Positions 18,695 through 29,626 of a DNA stretch of 64,000 nucleotides are shown here, piece after piece. Source of the DNA: Defluviicoccus sp. (GTDB lineage: Bacteria; Pseudomonadota; Alphaproteobacteria; MPNO01); assembly GCA_028821395.1 (NCBI GenBank), contig JAPPGP010000186.1, positions 12,114-76,113 on the forward strand. Reading direction: 5' to 3'. A program made the position numbers and the translations under genes. Below the pieces are notes generated by a model. The model had not been told where the DNA came from and did not search any database. It saw nothing but the letters and a program-made list of their open reading frames with translations. The stretch's first letter is position 1. Every line of letters begins with the position of its first letter.

Positions 18695-20206
18695 GTGACT
18701 ATCAATCATACGGTTAAGGTTTATCCTTCGAAGACTGCTTTAGCCCGTGAAGACCAGCTCGCGTGGAAAATCGCGGCCGTCGCGACCGATCCTGTCGAGG
18801 TCGAGCCGGCGGTGGTCGACATGGCGGTCAACCGGATCGTCGACAACGCGGCGGTCGCGGTCGCGGCCCTAAACCGGGGGCCGGTCGCCGCCGCACGCGC
18901 CCAGGCGCTCGCCCATCCGCGCGACGGCGGAGCGGCGGTGTTTGGCATCTCCGCCGACCGCCGCTTCGCCGCCGAGTGGGCTGCCTGGGCGAACGGGACG
19001 GCGGTTCGAGAGCTCGACTTCCACGATACCTTCCTCGCCGCGGACTATTCCCATCCGGGCGACAACATCCCGGCGCTCCTCGCGGTTGCGCAGCAGACGG
19101 GGCGCGGCGGCGAGGATCTGGTGCGCGGCATCGCCACCGCCTACGAGATCCAGATCGACCTGGTGAAGGGGATCTGCCTGCACGCCCACAAGATCGACCA
19201 CATCGCCCATCTCGGGCCGTCCGCCGCGGCCGGGCTCGGCACGCTGCTGGGGCTCCCGACCGAAACCGTCTTCCAGGCGGTGCAGCAGGCGCTGCACACC
19301 TCGGTGAGCACGCGGCAATCGCGCAAGGGCGAGATTTCGAGCTGGAAGGCGTTCGCCCCGGCGCATGCCGGCAAGCTCGCCATCGAGGCGGTCGACCGGG
19401 CGATGCGGGGGGAGGGCGCGCCGTCGCCGATCTACGAGGGCGAGGACAGCGTCGTCGCCCGGGTGCTCGACGGGCCGGATGCCGAGTACACCGTGCCGCT
19501 GCCCGCCCCGGGCGAGGCCAAGCGCGCGATCCTCGAATCCTACACCAAGGAGCACTCGGCCGAGTACCAGAGCCAGGCGATCATCGACCTCGCCTTCCGC
19601 ATGCGGGAGAAGATCGCCGACTTCGAGGAAATCGAGCGCCTGGTGCTGCACACCAGCCACCACACGCATTACGTGATCGGGACCGGCGCGGGCGATCCCC
19701 AAAAGATGGACCCCGGGGCGAGCCGCGAGACCCTCGACCACAGCATCATGTACATCCTGGCCGTGGCCCTGCAAGACGGCGAATGGCACCACATCCGCTC
19801 CTACGCGCCGGAACGCGCCGCGCGTCCCGACACGGTTCGGCTGTGGCACAAGATCTCGACCGTCGAGGACCCGGAATGGACCGCGCGCTATCACGAGCCG
19901 GACCCCAACCGGCGCGCCTTCGGCGGCAGGCTCGAGATCGAGCTCAAATCGGGCGAGACCATCGTCGACGAGCTCGCCGTCGCCAACGCCCATTCGGCCG
20001 GCGCGCGGCCCTTCGCGCGGGCCGACTACGTGCGCAAGTTCGAGACCCTGGCGGACGGCATCGCCGCGCCGGACGAGCAGCACCGCTTCCTCGAGCTGGT
20101 CCAGCGCCTGCCGGATCTCGGACCGGAAGATCTCGGCGGTCTCAACGTGGCCGTCGATCCCGCGGGCCTGGTCAACGCCGAGCGCGACGACAGGGGGATT
20201 TTCTGA
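18695..20206 (+). CDS. prpD: 2-methylcitrate dehydratase (MmgE/PrpD)
   Basis: [47 protein letters not shown]; first gene of the D-B-C operon; GTG start. Confidence 0.9.
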   Translation: MTINHTVKVYPSKTALAREDQLAWKIAAVATDPVEVEPAVVDMAVNRIVDNAAVAVAALNRGPVAAARAQALAHPRDGGAAVFGISADRRFAAEWAAWANGTAVRELDFHDTFLAADYSHPGDNIPALLAVAQQTGRGGEDLVRGIATAYEIQIDLVKGICLHAHKIDHIAHLGPSAAAGLGTLLGLPTETVFQAVQQALHTSVSTRQSRKGEISSWKAFAPAHAGKLAIEAVDRAMRGEGAPSPIYEGEDSVVARVLDGPDAEYTVPLPAPGEAKRAILESYTKEHSAEYQSQAIIDLAFRMREKIADFEEIERLVLHTSHHTHYVIGTGAGDPQKMDPGASRETLDHSIMYILAVALQDGEWHHIRSYAPERAARPDTVRLWHKISTVEDPEWTARYHEPDPNRRAFGGRLEIELKSGETIVDELAVANAHSAGARPFARADYVRKFETLADGIAAPDEQHRFLELVQRLPDLGPEDLGGLNVAVDPAGLVNAERDDRGIF

Positions 20207-21099
20207 TGCTGTTCGCCACCAGGACGGCGGCCGAGAAGCGGGCCGCGTTCCGCGCGGCGCTCGATTCGGGGGCGCTGCTGCAATTGCCCGGCGCGTTCTC
20301 GCCGCTGGTCGCGGTGCTGGTCCAGGAGAAGGGCTTCGACGGCATATACATCTCGGGCGCGGCGCTGTCGGCGGATCTCGCGCTCCCCGATATCGGGCTG
20401 ACGACGCTGCCCGAGGTAGCCGTGCGGGGCCACCAGATCGCCCGCGCCACCGACCTGCCGGCCCTGATCGACCTCGATACCGGGTTCGGCGAGCCGATGA
20501 ACGCGGCGCGATCGATCCAGGAGATCGAGGATGCCGGGCTCGCCGGGTGCCATCTGGAGGATCAGCTCAGCCCCAAGCGCTGCGGGCATCTCGACAACAA
20601 GGTGCTGATCCCGGCCCAGGACATGGCGCAGAAGATCCGCGCCGCTTCCGACGCCAAGCGCGATCCCAACTTCCTGTTGATGGCCCGGACCGACGCCAAG
20701 GCGTCCGAGGGGCTGGAGGCGGCGATCGACCGCGCGAAAGCCTATGTCGACGCGGGCGCCGATGCGATCTTCCCGGAAGCCCTCACCACGATCCCGGAAT
20801 ACGAGGCCTTCCGGGCGGCGATTTCGGTGCCGCTCTTGGCCAACCTCACCGAGTTCGGCAAGACGCCGCTGCTCACCCGCGACCGGCTGGTCGAGCTCGG
20901 CTACAACATCGCGATCTATCCCGTCACGACGCTTCGCCTCGCCATGTTCGGGGTCGAGGAGGGGCTTGACGTGCTGAAGGCAGAGGGCACCCAGGAAGAC
21001 GCCGTGCCGAGGATGCAGACCCGCAGGCGGCTCTACGAGCTGCTGCGCTATGAGGATTACAATCGGTTCGACCAGAGCCTGTTCAATTTCAGGATTTAG
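20206..21099 (+). CDS. prpB: 2-methylisocitrate lyase
   Basis: PDIGLTT, DLDTGFG, HLEDQLSPKRCGHLDNK, MARTDA, ANLTEFGKT; TGATG coupling to prpD. Confidence 0.93.
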   Translation: MLFATRTAAEKRAAFRAALDSGALLQLPGAFSPLVAVLVQEKGFDGIYISGAALSADLALPDIGLTTLPEVAVRGHQIARATDLPALIDLDTGFGEPMNAARSIQEIEDAGLAGCHLEDQLSPKRCGHLDNKVLIPAQDMAQKIRAASDAKRDPNFLLMARTDAKASEGLEAAIDRAKAYVDAGADAIFPEALTTIPEYEAFRAAISVPLLANLTEFGKTPLLTRDRLVELGYNIAIYPVTTLRLAMFGVEEGLDVLKAEGTQEDAVPRMQTRRRLYELLRYEDYNRFDQSLFNFRI

Positions 21100-21125
21100 G
21101 GGAAGGCGGAAGAAGGGAGGGTCGC

Positions 21126-22253
21126 ATGGCCGAGCCGCAGATCCAGAAGGGCCTCGCCGGGGTGACGGTGGACACCACCGCGATCTCCAAGGTGGTGCCG
21201 GAGACCAACTCGCTCACCTATCGCGGATACGCGGTGCAGGAGCTTTGCGCCGAGGCCTCGTTCGAGGAGGTCGCCTGGCTACTGTGGCGCGGCGAGCTGC
21301 CCACCGCCGATGAGCTCGACCGCTTCAAGGCCGAGGAGGCGAAGCGGCGCGAGCTCTCGGACGACCATATCGAGGTGATCCGCCGTATTCCGTCCAACGC
21401 CCATCCCATGGACGCGCTGCGCACGGCGGTGAGCTATCTCGGCACCATGGAGAGCGCCTGGGGCGGCGAGCCGGAGCTCGCCGACCGCGACCGCGCGCTC
21501 GACCTGCTGGCCAAGATCCCGACGATGATCGCGACGGACTTCCGGTTCCGCACCGGCGCATTGCGGATCGCGCCGCGCGAGGACCTGTCGCTGGTCGAGA
21601 ACTTCTTCAACATGTGCTTCAACAAGGTGCCGCCGCCCGAGGTCATCAAGGCCTTCGACACCTCGATGATCCTCTATGCCGAGCACAGCTTCAACGCGTC
21701 CACCTTCACCGTTCGCACCATCGCATCCAGCCTCTCGGATATCTTCTCCGCGGTCACCGGCGGCATCGGCTCGCTCAAGGGCCCGCTGCATGGCGGCGCC
21801 AACGAGGCGGTGATGAAGATGTTCCTCGAAATCGGCGACCCCGAGATCGCCGAGGAGTGGATGCGCGAGGCCATCGCCCGCAAGAGGCTGGTGATGGGGT
21901 TCGGCCACCGGGTCTACAAATCGGGCGATTCCCGCGTGCCGACCATGCGCCGCTGCCTCGAGGACCTCGCCGCCTGGAAGGGCGACGACACCTGGATCCG
22001 CATGTCCGACGGGCTGCAGAGGGTGATGATCGAGGAGAAGGGGATCTACCCCAACCTCGATTTTCCCGCCGGCCCGTCCTACTACATGATGGGCTTCGAG
22101 ATCGAGATGTTCACGCCGATCTTCGTCATGAGCCGGATCACCGGCTGGACGGCGCATTATCTCGAACAGAACCTCGACAACCGGCTGATCCGCCCGCTCA
22201 GCGCCTATAACGGCGTGGCGCAGCGCCCGGTGCCGCCGATCGGCGAACGCTGA
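21126..22253 (+). CDS. prpC: 2-methylcitrate synthase / citrate synthase
   Basis: KGLAGV, LTYRGY, YAEHSFNASTF, GPLHGGANE, MGFGHRVY, PNLDF, LIRP. Confidence 0.92.
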   Translation: MAEPQIQKGLAGVTVDTTAISKVVPETNSLTYRGYAVQELCAEASFEEVAWLLWRGELPTADELDRFKAEEAKRRELSDDHIEVIRRIPSNAHPMDALRTAVSYLGTMESAWGGEPELADRDRALDLLAKIPTMIATDFRFRTGALRIAPREDLSLVENFFNMCFNKVPPPEVIKAFDTSMILYAEHSFNASTFTVRTIASSLSDIFSAVTGGIGSLKGPLHGGANEAVMKMFLEIGDPEIAEEWMREAIARKRLVMGFGHRVYKSGDSRVPTMRRCLEDLAAWKGDDTWIRMSDGLQRVMIEEKGIYPNLDFPAGPSYYMMGFEIEMFTPIFVMSRITGWTAHYLEQNLDNRLIRPLSAYNGVAQRPVPPIGER

Positions 22254-22268
22254 GGTCCAGCGGCGGGG

Positions 22269-23366
22269 TCAGTGCCAGTCGTCGATGCCGAGCGCGGCAC
22301 GCTCCTCGACCGTCTGGGCCAGCTTGAACGGCTCGACCGGGATACCGGTCGCATCGGCGATCCGCACCACGGCGTTGAAGGACGCCACCACGCCGGCGGA
22401 ATCGACGAAGCCCGCTTCGCCGACCGCCGCGGCCAGCGCGCGCCGGGTGGGGGCGATCGCCGTCTCCGCGCCCCCCACCACCGCCTCGGCGAAGTCGAGC
22501 AGCAGGCGGCCATGCGGCACGCCGCTGTCGCCGTCCCCGGAGACCCCGTCGAGCGAGTAGCTCTCGCCCAGATGCCTGCCGCTCTCACGGAGCAGCATCA
22601 CGTGTCCGGCGGTTCAGTATCGGCACCGGTTGATCAGCGACACCCGGGCGGCGAGGAGCTCCATCTGCGCATGGCCGATCGCGCGGTACTCGGTGGCGAA
22701 GTCCTTGAGCGCGAACTGCGGCAGGTAGATCGCGTCGTCGAGCTCGAAAAAGGCCGCGACCTCGGCCGGCACCAGGCTCATCCCGCGATGGATGTTGGCG
22801 ACGAGCTCCCCGGTCTTGTCGCCATAGGGGTTGGGCTCGCCCTCGCCGACGTCTTCGGGTTCGAGCGTGGGGAGCCAGGCAAGACCCCGCCGCGCCTTCG
22901 CAGGAAGATAGCGCGACGGCCCGCCGGGCACCGGTTCGGGCAGCGCGGGGCGCGCAATGCCGAGCCCCCGCGCCAGCGTGTCCAGCGCCGTCGCGATGGA
23001 GACCACGCCGACGATCTCGACATATTCGGGCTCGCTCAACCCGCCGGCGATCGTCTCCCGGAACCAGGCCTCCGTCAGCCGCCCGGAATCGGTGCGGATG
23101 CGGTGTATCGCCTCGACGACGTTGTCCGGCAGGGCGCTCGTCGAATCGTGGGTTCCGTCGACGGCGAAGGGGGAGAGAGCGGCGGCGCGGTCGCGGCAGA
23201 GCGCGCATTCCGGCGCTTCGCGGCACGCCGCGACCATGGCGAGCCGTTGGGCGCCGGTCCACCAGGTTCCCGGCCGGGCGAGGTGTTCCCAGGCGCGGCG
23301 CCAGGCCTCGTCGAGATCGGCGCGCACCGGAAACGGGGCGAGGTCGGAAAGCATTTTGCCGCTCAT
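22269..23366 (-). CDS. AhpD/alkylhydroperoxidase-related protein, probable selenoprotein (in-frame UGA at 22614..22616, codon 251, read as Sec; 365 aa)
   Basis: Minus strand reads ...TCG CTG ATC AAC CGG TGC CGA TAC TGA ACC GCC GGA CAC GTG ATG CTG = ELLAARVSLINRCRY*TAGHVMLL, matching the AhpD E-x7-N-x-C-x-Y-C-x3-H pattern. The frame stays open to 22269 and ends in an AhpD-like VVASFNAVVRIADATG segment. Confidence 0.82.
22577..22597 (-). promoter_or_regulatory. Putative bacterial SECIS hairpin
   Basis: UGCUGCUC-CGUGA-GAGCGGCA: 8-bp stem (one G-U pair) starting 16 nt after the UGA; loop begins 24 nt after the UGA and has G at position 2 followed by U. Confidence 0.65.
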
Positions 23367-24280
23367 GACCCGCTCTCCTCGCGCTGGCGCCGCCGTTCGA
23401 CCGCGTCGCGTCGCGCGATGAACAGGAGGGCCGAAACTATCACAGCCGTGCCCGCGGCCGACCAGATGTCGGGGATTTCGGCAAACACGGCGAAGCCGAA
23501 CAGGGCGGCGAGCGGCATGCGCAGGAAGTCGAGCGGGGCGATGATCGTCACCTCGCCCGCATCGTAGGCGCGGGCGAGAAAATTCTGTCCCACGCCGCCA
23601 AGCACGCCCGCGGCGACCAGCCAGCCGAGCTGGCGCCAGTCCGGCGTCTCCCAGGTAATCAGCGCCGGCGGCAGCAACAGCAGGGTGCCGAAGAGAAAGA
23701 AGTAGAACACGATCCGCGCCGGGGGTTCGGTCCGCGACAGGCTCTTGAGCGAGATGATCGCGCCGCTGGTGAGCACCGCGCTGCCGAGCGCGACCAGCAT
23801 CGCGTGGTCGATCTGGCCGTGCGGCTTCACGATCATGACCACGCCGACGAACCCCGCGATGGTGGCGAAGGTCCGGTCGCGGCGTACGACCTCGCCCAGG
23901 ATCAGGCCGGACAGCAGGATCGACCAGAAGGGCGAGGTGAAGGAGAGCACCATCGCGTCCGACAGCATCAGCCGCCCGACCGCGTAGACGACGCAGGCAA
24001 ACGACGCGATGCCGAAGAACGACCGCAGGAAATGCGTCTTCAGCCGGCGCGTCGCGATGCCCGCCGGGCCGACCCGGACCAGCCAGGGGACGAACAAGGC
24101 CAGCGCCACCGTGGTGCGCATCAGCGCGACCACGAAGAACGGAAGCTCGGTCGCCATCTGCTTGATGATCGCGAACATCGCGGTCAGCAGGGTGACGGCC
24201 GCCAGCATCCACAGGATGCCGCGCAGATTGTCGAGCTTGGGACGATAGGCGCTTGCGCTCGGCGCCCGCTTGCCGTTCAC
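23363..24280 (-). CDS. DMT/EamA family transporter
   Basis: About 10 TM helices; LSFTSPFWSILLSGLILGE, GFVGVVMIVKP, APLDFLRMP, FAEIPD; ATGA-coupled to the putative selenoprotein gene; start uncertain. Confidence 0.88.
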   Translation of the reverse strand: MNGKRAPSASAYRPKLDNLRGILWMLAAVTLLTAMFAIIKQMATELPFFVVALMRTTVALALFVPWLVRVGPAGIATRRLKTHFLRSFFGIASFACVVYAVGRLMLSDAMVLSFTSPFWSILLSGLILGEVVRRDRTFATIAGFVGVVMIVKPHGQIDHAMLVALGSAVLTSGAIISLKSLSRTEPPARIVFYFFLFGTLLLLPPALITWETPDWRQLGWLVAAGVLGGVGQNFLARAYDAGEVTIIAPLDFLRMPLAALFGFAVFAEIPDIWSAAGTAVIVSALLFIARRDAVERRRQREESGS

Positions 24281-24284
24281 CGCC

Positions 24285-25181
24285 CTACCGCAGCTCCGCG
24301 CGGGCGAGAAGTTCCAGCCAGCGGACGATTTCGGTGTGGTCGCGCCCGGGCTCGAGGTTCTGTTGCGCCTGGGCCCAGATCTCCCGGCTGAGCGCGGCGA
24401 GGGGGGCGGCGGTCGCGGTGTCGCGGGCAAGGTCGAGCGCGATGTCGAGGTCCTTGACCATGAGGTCCATCGAGAACCCCGAATCGAATCTGCGCGAGAA
24501 CACGAACTGGGCGAGCTTGTTGCGCGTGGCGTTGTTCATGCCGGTCGAGGAGTTGACCACCTCGGCCATGGTCTCGGGCTCCAGCCCGAACCGCCGGCCG
24601 ACCAGGAACGCCTCGACGGCGGCGAGGAACCCCGCCGCGCTGATCGTGTTGTTGAGCGCCTTGAGCGCGTGCCCCGAGCCGATCGGTCCGGTGTGGACGA
24701 CGCGCTTGCCCATTGCCGCCAGCAGCGGCCGGCAGCGTTCGACCAGGACCCCGTCGCCGCCCGCCATGATGGTGAGCGTGCCCTCCACCGCCCCCTTCCG
24801 CCCGCCGGAGACCGGCGCGTCGATCATGGCGACCCCGCGCTCGGCCAGCGCGGCGGCGAGCGCGACCGTGCTCGACGGCTCGGAGGAGCTCATGTCGATG
24901 AGGATTCCACCCCCGGAGAACCCATCGGCGAGCCCGCCCGGGTCCAGCGCGGTCCGGGCGACGTCGGCGCCGGTCGGCAGCATGGTGATGACAACGTCCG
25001 AGCCGGCGGCCACCCCGGCGGGGCCGTTGGCGACCTGCCCGCCGGCGGCCTGCGCCGCTTCTTGCGCGCGTCCCGGCTCGGTATCGTGGAGTCTCAGCGC
25101 GTAACCCGCCCGCGCGACATGCTCCGCCATCGGGCGGCCCATCGCGCCGACGCCGATCATGCCGACCCTGCGCAGCTCCAT
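24285..25181 (-). CDS. NAD(P)-dependent beta-hydroxyacid dehydrogenase (3-hydroxyisobutyrate dehydrogenase family)
   Basis: GMIGVGAMGRPMA, DAPVSGG, LTIMAGG, GSGHALKALNN, FSMDLMVKDL. Confidence 0.92.
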   Translation of the reverse strand: MELRRVGMIGVGAMGRPMAEHVARAGYALRLHDTEPGRAQEAAQAAGGQVANGPAGVAAGSDVVITMLPTGADVARTALDPGGLADGFSGGGILIDMSSSEPSSTVALAAALAERGVAMIDAPVSGGRKGAVEGTLTIMAGGDGVLVERCRPLLAAMGKRVVHTGPIGSGHALKALNNTISAAGFLAAVEAFLVGRRFGLEPETMAEVVNSSTGMNNATRNKLAQFVFSRRFDSGFSMDLMVKDLDIALDLARDTATAAPLAALSREIWAQAQQNLEPGRDHTEIVRWLELLARAELR

Positions 25182-25262
25182 GGCGCGCGCCTTCCTGCCA
25201 ATTTCCGCGGATCGCGCATTCTACCGCGTCGGAAGGGGCCGCGAAACGGCGCGCGCCGGAGC

Positions 25263-26381
<1,119 letters not shown>

Positions 26382-26461
26382 GGACCCCTCCCTCTCGGTC
26401 CCGGCCGGGGCCGGTTCGCCAAACATGGGTCCCTTCGGGTTCGACAACAAGGAGTTTCAGC

Positions 26462-27445
26462 ATGCGCGCGATCGTTGCCGGGGCCGTCGGTCCGCCCGAG
26501 GCGCTGACGATGGAGGACCTGCCCGATCCCGCGCCGGGGCCGGGCGAGGTGCTGGTCGACATGCGGGCGGCGGCGGTCAACTTCCCCGACCTGCTGGTGA
26601 TCGAGGGCAAGTACCAGATCATCCCGCCGCACCCCTTCGTGCCCGGCAAGGAGGGGGCGGGGGTGGTCGCCGCCGTCGGCGAGGGCGTGGAGGGCCTCGC
26701 CATCGGCGACCCGGTGATGGTGCAGGTCGAGTGGGGCACCTATGCGGAGAAGCTGGCGGTCGCGGCCGATCACTGCTTCCCGATACCGGACGGCATGGGT
26801 TTCGACGAGGCCGCGGCGATCGGCATCGCCTATCAGACCGCGCATTTCGCGCTGGTCGCCCGCGCCCAGGTCAAGGAAGGGGAACGCGTGCTGGTCACCG
26901 CGGCGACCGGGAGCGTCGGCATCGCCGCCATCCAGCTCGCCAAGGCGTTCGGCTGCACCGTTCTCGCCGGGGTCACGACGATGTCGAAGGCCGGGGTCGC
27001 GCTCGAGAACGGCGCCGACTGCATCGTCGACCTCTCCGTCGGGAACCCGCGCGAGACGATTCGCGACCAGGTGCGCGCGGCCTGCGGCGCGGTCGACGTG
27101 GTCATCGAGAGCGTCGGCGGCGAGGTGTTCGACGGCGCCATACGCGCGCTCGATTTCGGCGGCAGGGCCGTCGTCGTAGGCTTCACCGGCGGCGAGATCC
27201 CGTCGTTCAGGACCAACTACGCGCTCCTGAAGGTGATCGCGGTCACCGGCGTGAACTGGGCCGCCTATCGCGACCGCGACCCGGCCTGGGTGCGCCGCGT
27301 GCAGGGGGAGATTTTCGAACTCTATTGCGAGGGCAGGATCGCGATCCCGGTCCAGGCCAGCTTCCCGATGGCCGAGTACGTCAAGGCGTTCGACGTAATT
27401 CGCGACCGCAAGGTGCGCGGCAAGGTGATCCTCAGCCTGGTTTAG
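26462..27445 (+). CDS. NADPH:quinone oxidoreductase family (non-Zn MDR)
   Basis: AAVNFPDLLVIEGKYQ..PFVPGKEGAG, VLVTAATGSVG, VVGFTGG, GKVIL. Confidence 0.9.
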   Translation: MRAIVAGAVGPPEALTMEDLPDPAPGPGEVLVDMRAAAVNFPDLLVIEGKYQIIPPHPFVPGKEGAGVVAAVGEGVEGLAIGDPVMVQVEWGTYAEKLAVAADHCFPIPDGMGFDEAAAIGIAYQTAHFALVARAQVKEGERVLVTAATGSVGIAAIQLAKAFGCTVLAGVTTMSKAGVALENGADCIVDLSVGNPRETIRDQVRAACGAVDVVIESVGGEVFDGAIRALDFGGRAVVVGFTGGEIPSFRTNYALLKVIAVTGVNWAAYRDRDPAWVRRVQGEIFELYCEGRIAIPVQASFPMAEYVKAFDVIRDRKVRGKVILSLV

Positions 27446-27583
27446 CTACGCCGGCGCGCCTTCCGGCCGACGGTCGAGGGCGAGCGCAACGGCGAATGGG
27501 TCGAGATCCCGAAGACCGTGCGGCTCGCCTGCTTCGCCCTGTCGCGCGGCTGTGAGGACTATTCCGGTCCGGGCGAGTAAGAG

Positions 27584-28948
27584 CTACCTGGTGATGATCT
27601 CCGGCCCCATCAGGGCGGTCGGGATCCAGGTCGAGATCCACGGCACGTAGGTCACCAGGATCAGGAACACGAACATGATGCCCACCCAGGGCAGGGCGGC
27701 GCGCACCACGTTCATCACCGACATCGAGGCGACGCCCGCGGTCACGAACAAATTCAGCCCTACCGGCGGGGTGATCATGCCGATCTCCATGTTGACCACC
27801 ATGATGATGCCGAGATGGATCGGGTCGATGCCGAGCTCGATGGCGATCGGGAAGACCAGCGGCGCGACGATGATGAGGAGGCCGGAGGGCTCCATGAACT
27901 GACCGCCGATCAGTAGCAGCACGTTCACCACCACGAGGAACAGGATCGGCCCGAGCCCGGCGGCGAGCATCGCCTCGGCGATGTCCTGCGGGATGCGCTC
28001 CTCGGTCAGCACGTGCTTGAGGATCAGCGCGTTGGCGATGATGAACATCAGCGTGACGGTGAGCTTGCCGCCTTCGAGCAGGGTCTTCCTGGTGTCCGGG
28101 TGCCAGAGCACGGCGACCGTGCGCGTCGCCAGCGCGAGACCCCCCGGTCCGGCCTCGGCGAAGGGCCCCATGTCGCGATAGACGAAGTTGGCGATCAGGA
28201 AGGCGTAGACGGCTGCGACCGCGGCGGCCTCGGTCGGGGTGAAGACCCCGCCATAGATGCCGCCCAGGATGATGAAGATCAGCAGCAGCCCCCAGAACGC
28301 GTCGCGCGCCGATTCGAACAGCTCGCGCCAGCCCGCCCAGGGCTGGGACGGCAGGCCGCGGATGCGCGCGGTGACGTAGATCCCCGCCATCAGCATCAGC
28401 CCGGCGACGATGCCGGGCAGGATGCCGGCGAGGAACATGCGCCCGACCGAGACGTCGGTCGCCGCGGCGTAGACCACCATCACGATCGAGGGCGGGATCA
28501 GGATGCCGAGCGTGCCGGCATTGCAGATCACGCCGGCGGCGAACTCCTTCGAGTAGCCGACCTCGCGCATGCCGGCGATGACGATCGAGCCGATGGCGAT
28601 CACCGTCGCGGGGGAGGAGCCCGACAGCGCCGCGAACATCATGCAGGCGACCACCGAGGCGATGGCGAGCCCGCCCTTGATGTGGCCGACCAGCGCGATG
28701 GCGAAGCGGATGATGCGCCTGGCCACCCCGCCGGTCGACATGAAGGTCGAGGCCAGGATGAAGAACGGGATGGCGAGCAGCGTGTAGTGCCCGTCGAAGG
28801 CGGAGAACAGGGTCTGCGCGATGGAGGCGAGCGAGCCGTCCGAGTGGAGCACCAGGAACAGGATGCTGGAGAGCCCGAGCGAGACCGCCACCGGGACGCC
28901 GATCACCATCAACAGGATGACGAGGCCGAACAGGAGGGCGACGGTCAC
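27584..28948 (-). CDS. dctM: TRAP transporter large permease
   Basis: LLAIPFFILA, FAALSGSSPAT, GTLGILIPPSI, FTPTEAAAVA, GIDPIHLG, ITPPVGLNLFV. Confidence 0.93.
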   Translation of the reverse strand: MTVALLFGLVILLMVIGVPVAVSLGLSSILFLVLHSDGSLASIAQTLFSAFDGHYTLLAIPFFILASTFMSTGGVARRIIRFAIALVGHIKGGLAIASVVACMMFAALSGSSPATVIAIGSIVIAGMREVGYSKEFAAGVICNAGTLGILIPPSIVMVVYAAATDVSVGRMFLAGILPGIVAGLMLMAGIYVTARIRGLPSQPWAGWRELFESARDAFWGLLLIFIILGGIYGGVFTPTEAAAVAAVYAFLIANFVYRDMGPFAEAGPGGLALATRTVAVLWHPDTRKTLLEGGKLTVTLMFIIANALILKHVLTEERIPQDIAEAMLAAGLGPILFLVVVNVLLLIGGQFMEPSGLLIIVAPLVFPIAIELGIDPIHLGIIMVVNMEIGMITPPVGLNLFVTAGVASMSVMNVVRAALPWVGIMFVFLILVTYVPWISTWIPTALMGPEIITR

Positions 28949-28951
28949 GCC

Positions 28952-29557
28952 TCAGCCCTCCGCGCGGTCGGACTCGGCGACCTCGTGCGAGGCGATCACG
29001 GTGGCCTGCGTGCCGCGCGCGATGGCGATTCCCGCCTGGACGAAGCGCCAGGTGAGCAGCGCCATGCCGATGGGAAGCGCGGCGTAGGGGATGAAGCGGG
29101 GCATCTTCTCGTAGGCCTCGCCTTCGTTGAACCACTCGGCGAGGAACTGGAGGAAGCCCGGCATCGGCACGTCGTTGACTTCGAGGAAGGCCCGCTTGGT
29201 GGCGAACGGGTACCAGTATTCCCAGGACCCGATCAGCAGCAGCACCGCGAAGGCGAGGCAGGCGGCGACCGAGACCAGGCCCAGCGCGCGCCTGGCCGCC
29301 GGGCCGAGCGCGTTGACCAGGAGGTCGATGCCGAGATGGAGCGAGTGCTTGACCGCGTAGGAGGCGCCCAGCAGCACCAGCCAGGCGAACAGGAAGACGG
29401 TCGCCTCCAGCGCCCACAGGATGTTGTCGTTGAAGACGTAGCGCGCGACCACGTTGGCGAAGGTGATCACGGTCATCAGGCCGAGGAAGACCGCGATCAG
29501 GGTCTCCTCGAGCCGGTCGAAGACCTGCCCGATTCTGGAATCCGAAGGTTCCGGCAT
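28952..29557 (-). CDS. dctQ: TRAP transporter small permease
   Basis: LEETLIA, TFANVVARY, WALEA, GASYAVK..HLGID. Confidence 0.9.
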   Translation of the reverse strand: MPEPSDSRIGQVFDRLEETLIAVFLGLMTVITFANVVARYVFNDNILWALEATVFLFAWLVLLGASYAVKHSLHLGIDLLVNALGPAARRALGLVSVAACLAFAVLLLIGSWEYWYPFATKRAFLEVNDVPMPGFLQFLAEWFNEGEAYEKMPRFIPYAALPIGMALLTWRFVQAGIAIARGTQATVIASHEVAESDRAEG

Positions 29558-29579
29558 GCCCCGGCTACCGGGTCGACTG

Positions 29580-29607
29580 CCCCCGCCCGGCCCTGCCCGG
29601 GCGGGGG
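29580..29607. promoter_or_regulatory. Intercistronic stem-loop between dctP and dctQ
   Basis: Perfect 11-bp GC stem CCCCCGCCCGG / CCGGGCGGGGG with a 6-nt loop; no U-tract. Confidence 0.55.
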
Positions 29608-29626
29608 TTGGCGGGCAACGCGCGGA

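Noticed and set aside
22269-22601. 110-aa ORF as an independent gene
   Set aside because: Better explained as the C-terminal part of the UGA-containing AhpD-like gene; weak RBS and the motif spans the UGA
28946-28954. dctQ TGA in frame with the dctM start (possible DctQM read-through fusion)
   Set aside because: Purine-rich RBS-like sequence precedes the dctM start; no redox motif or evident recoding signal; an in-frame gap occurs by chance one time in three
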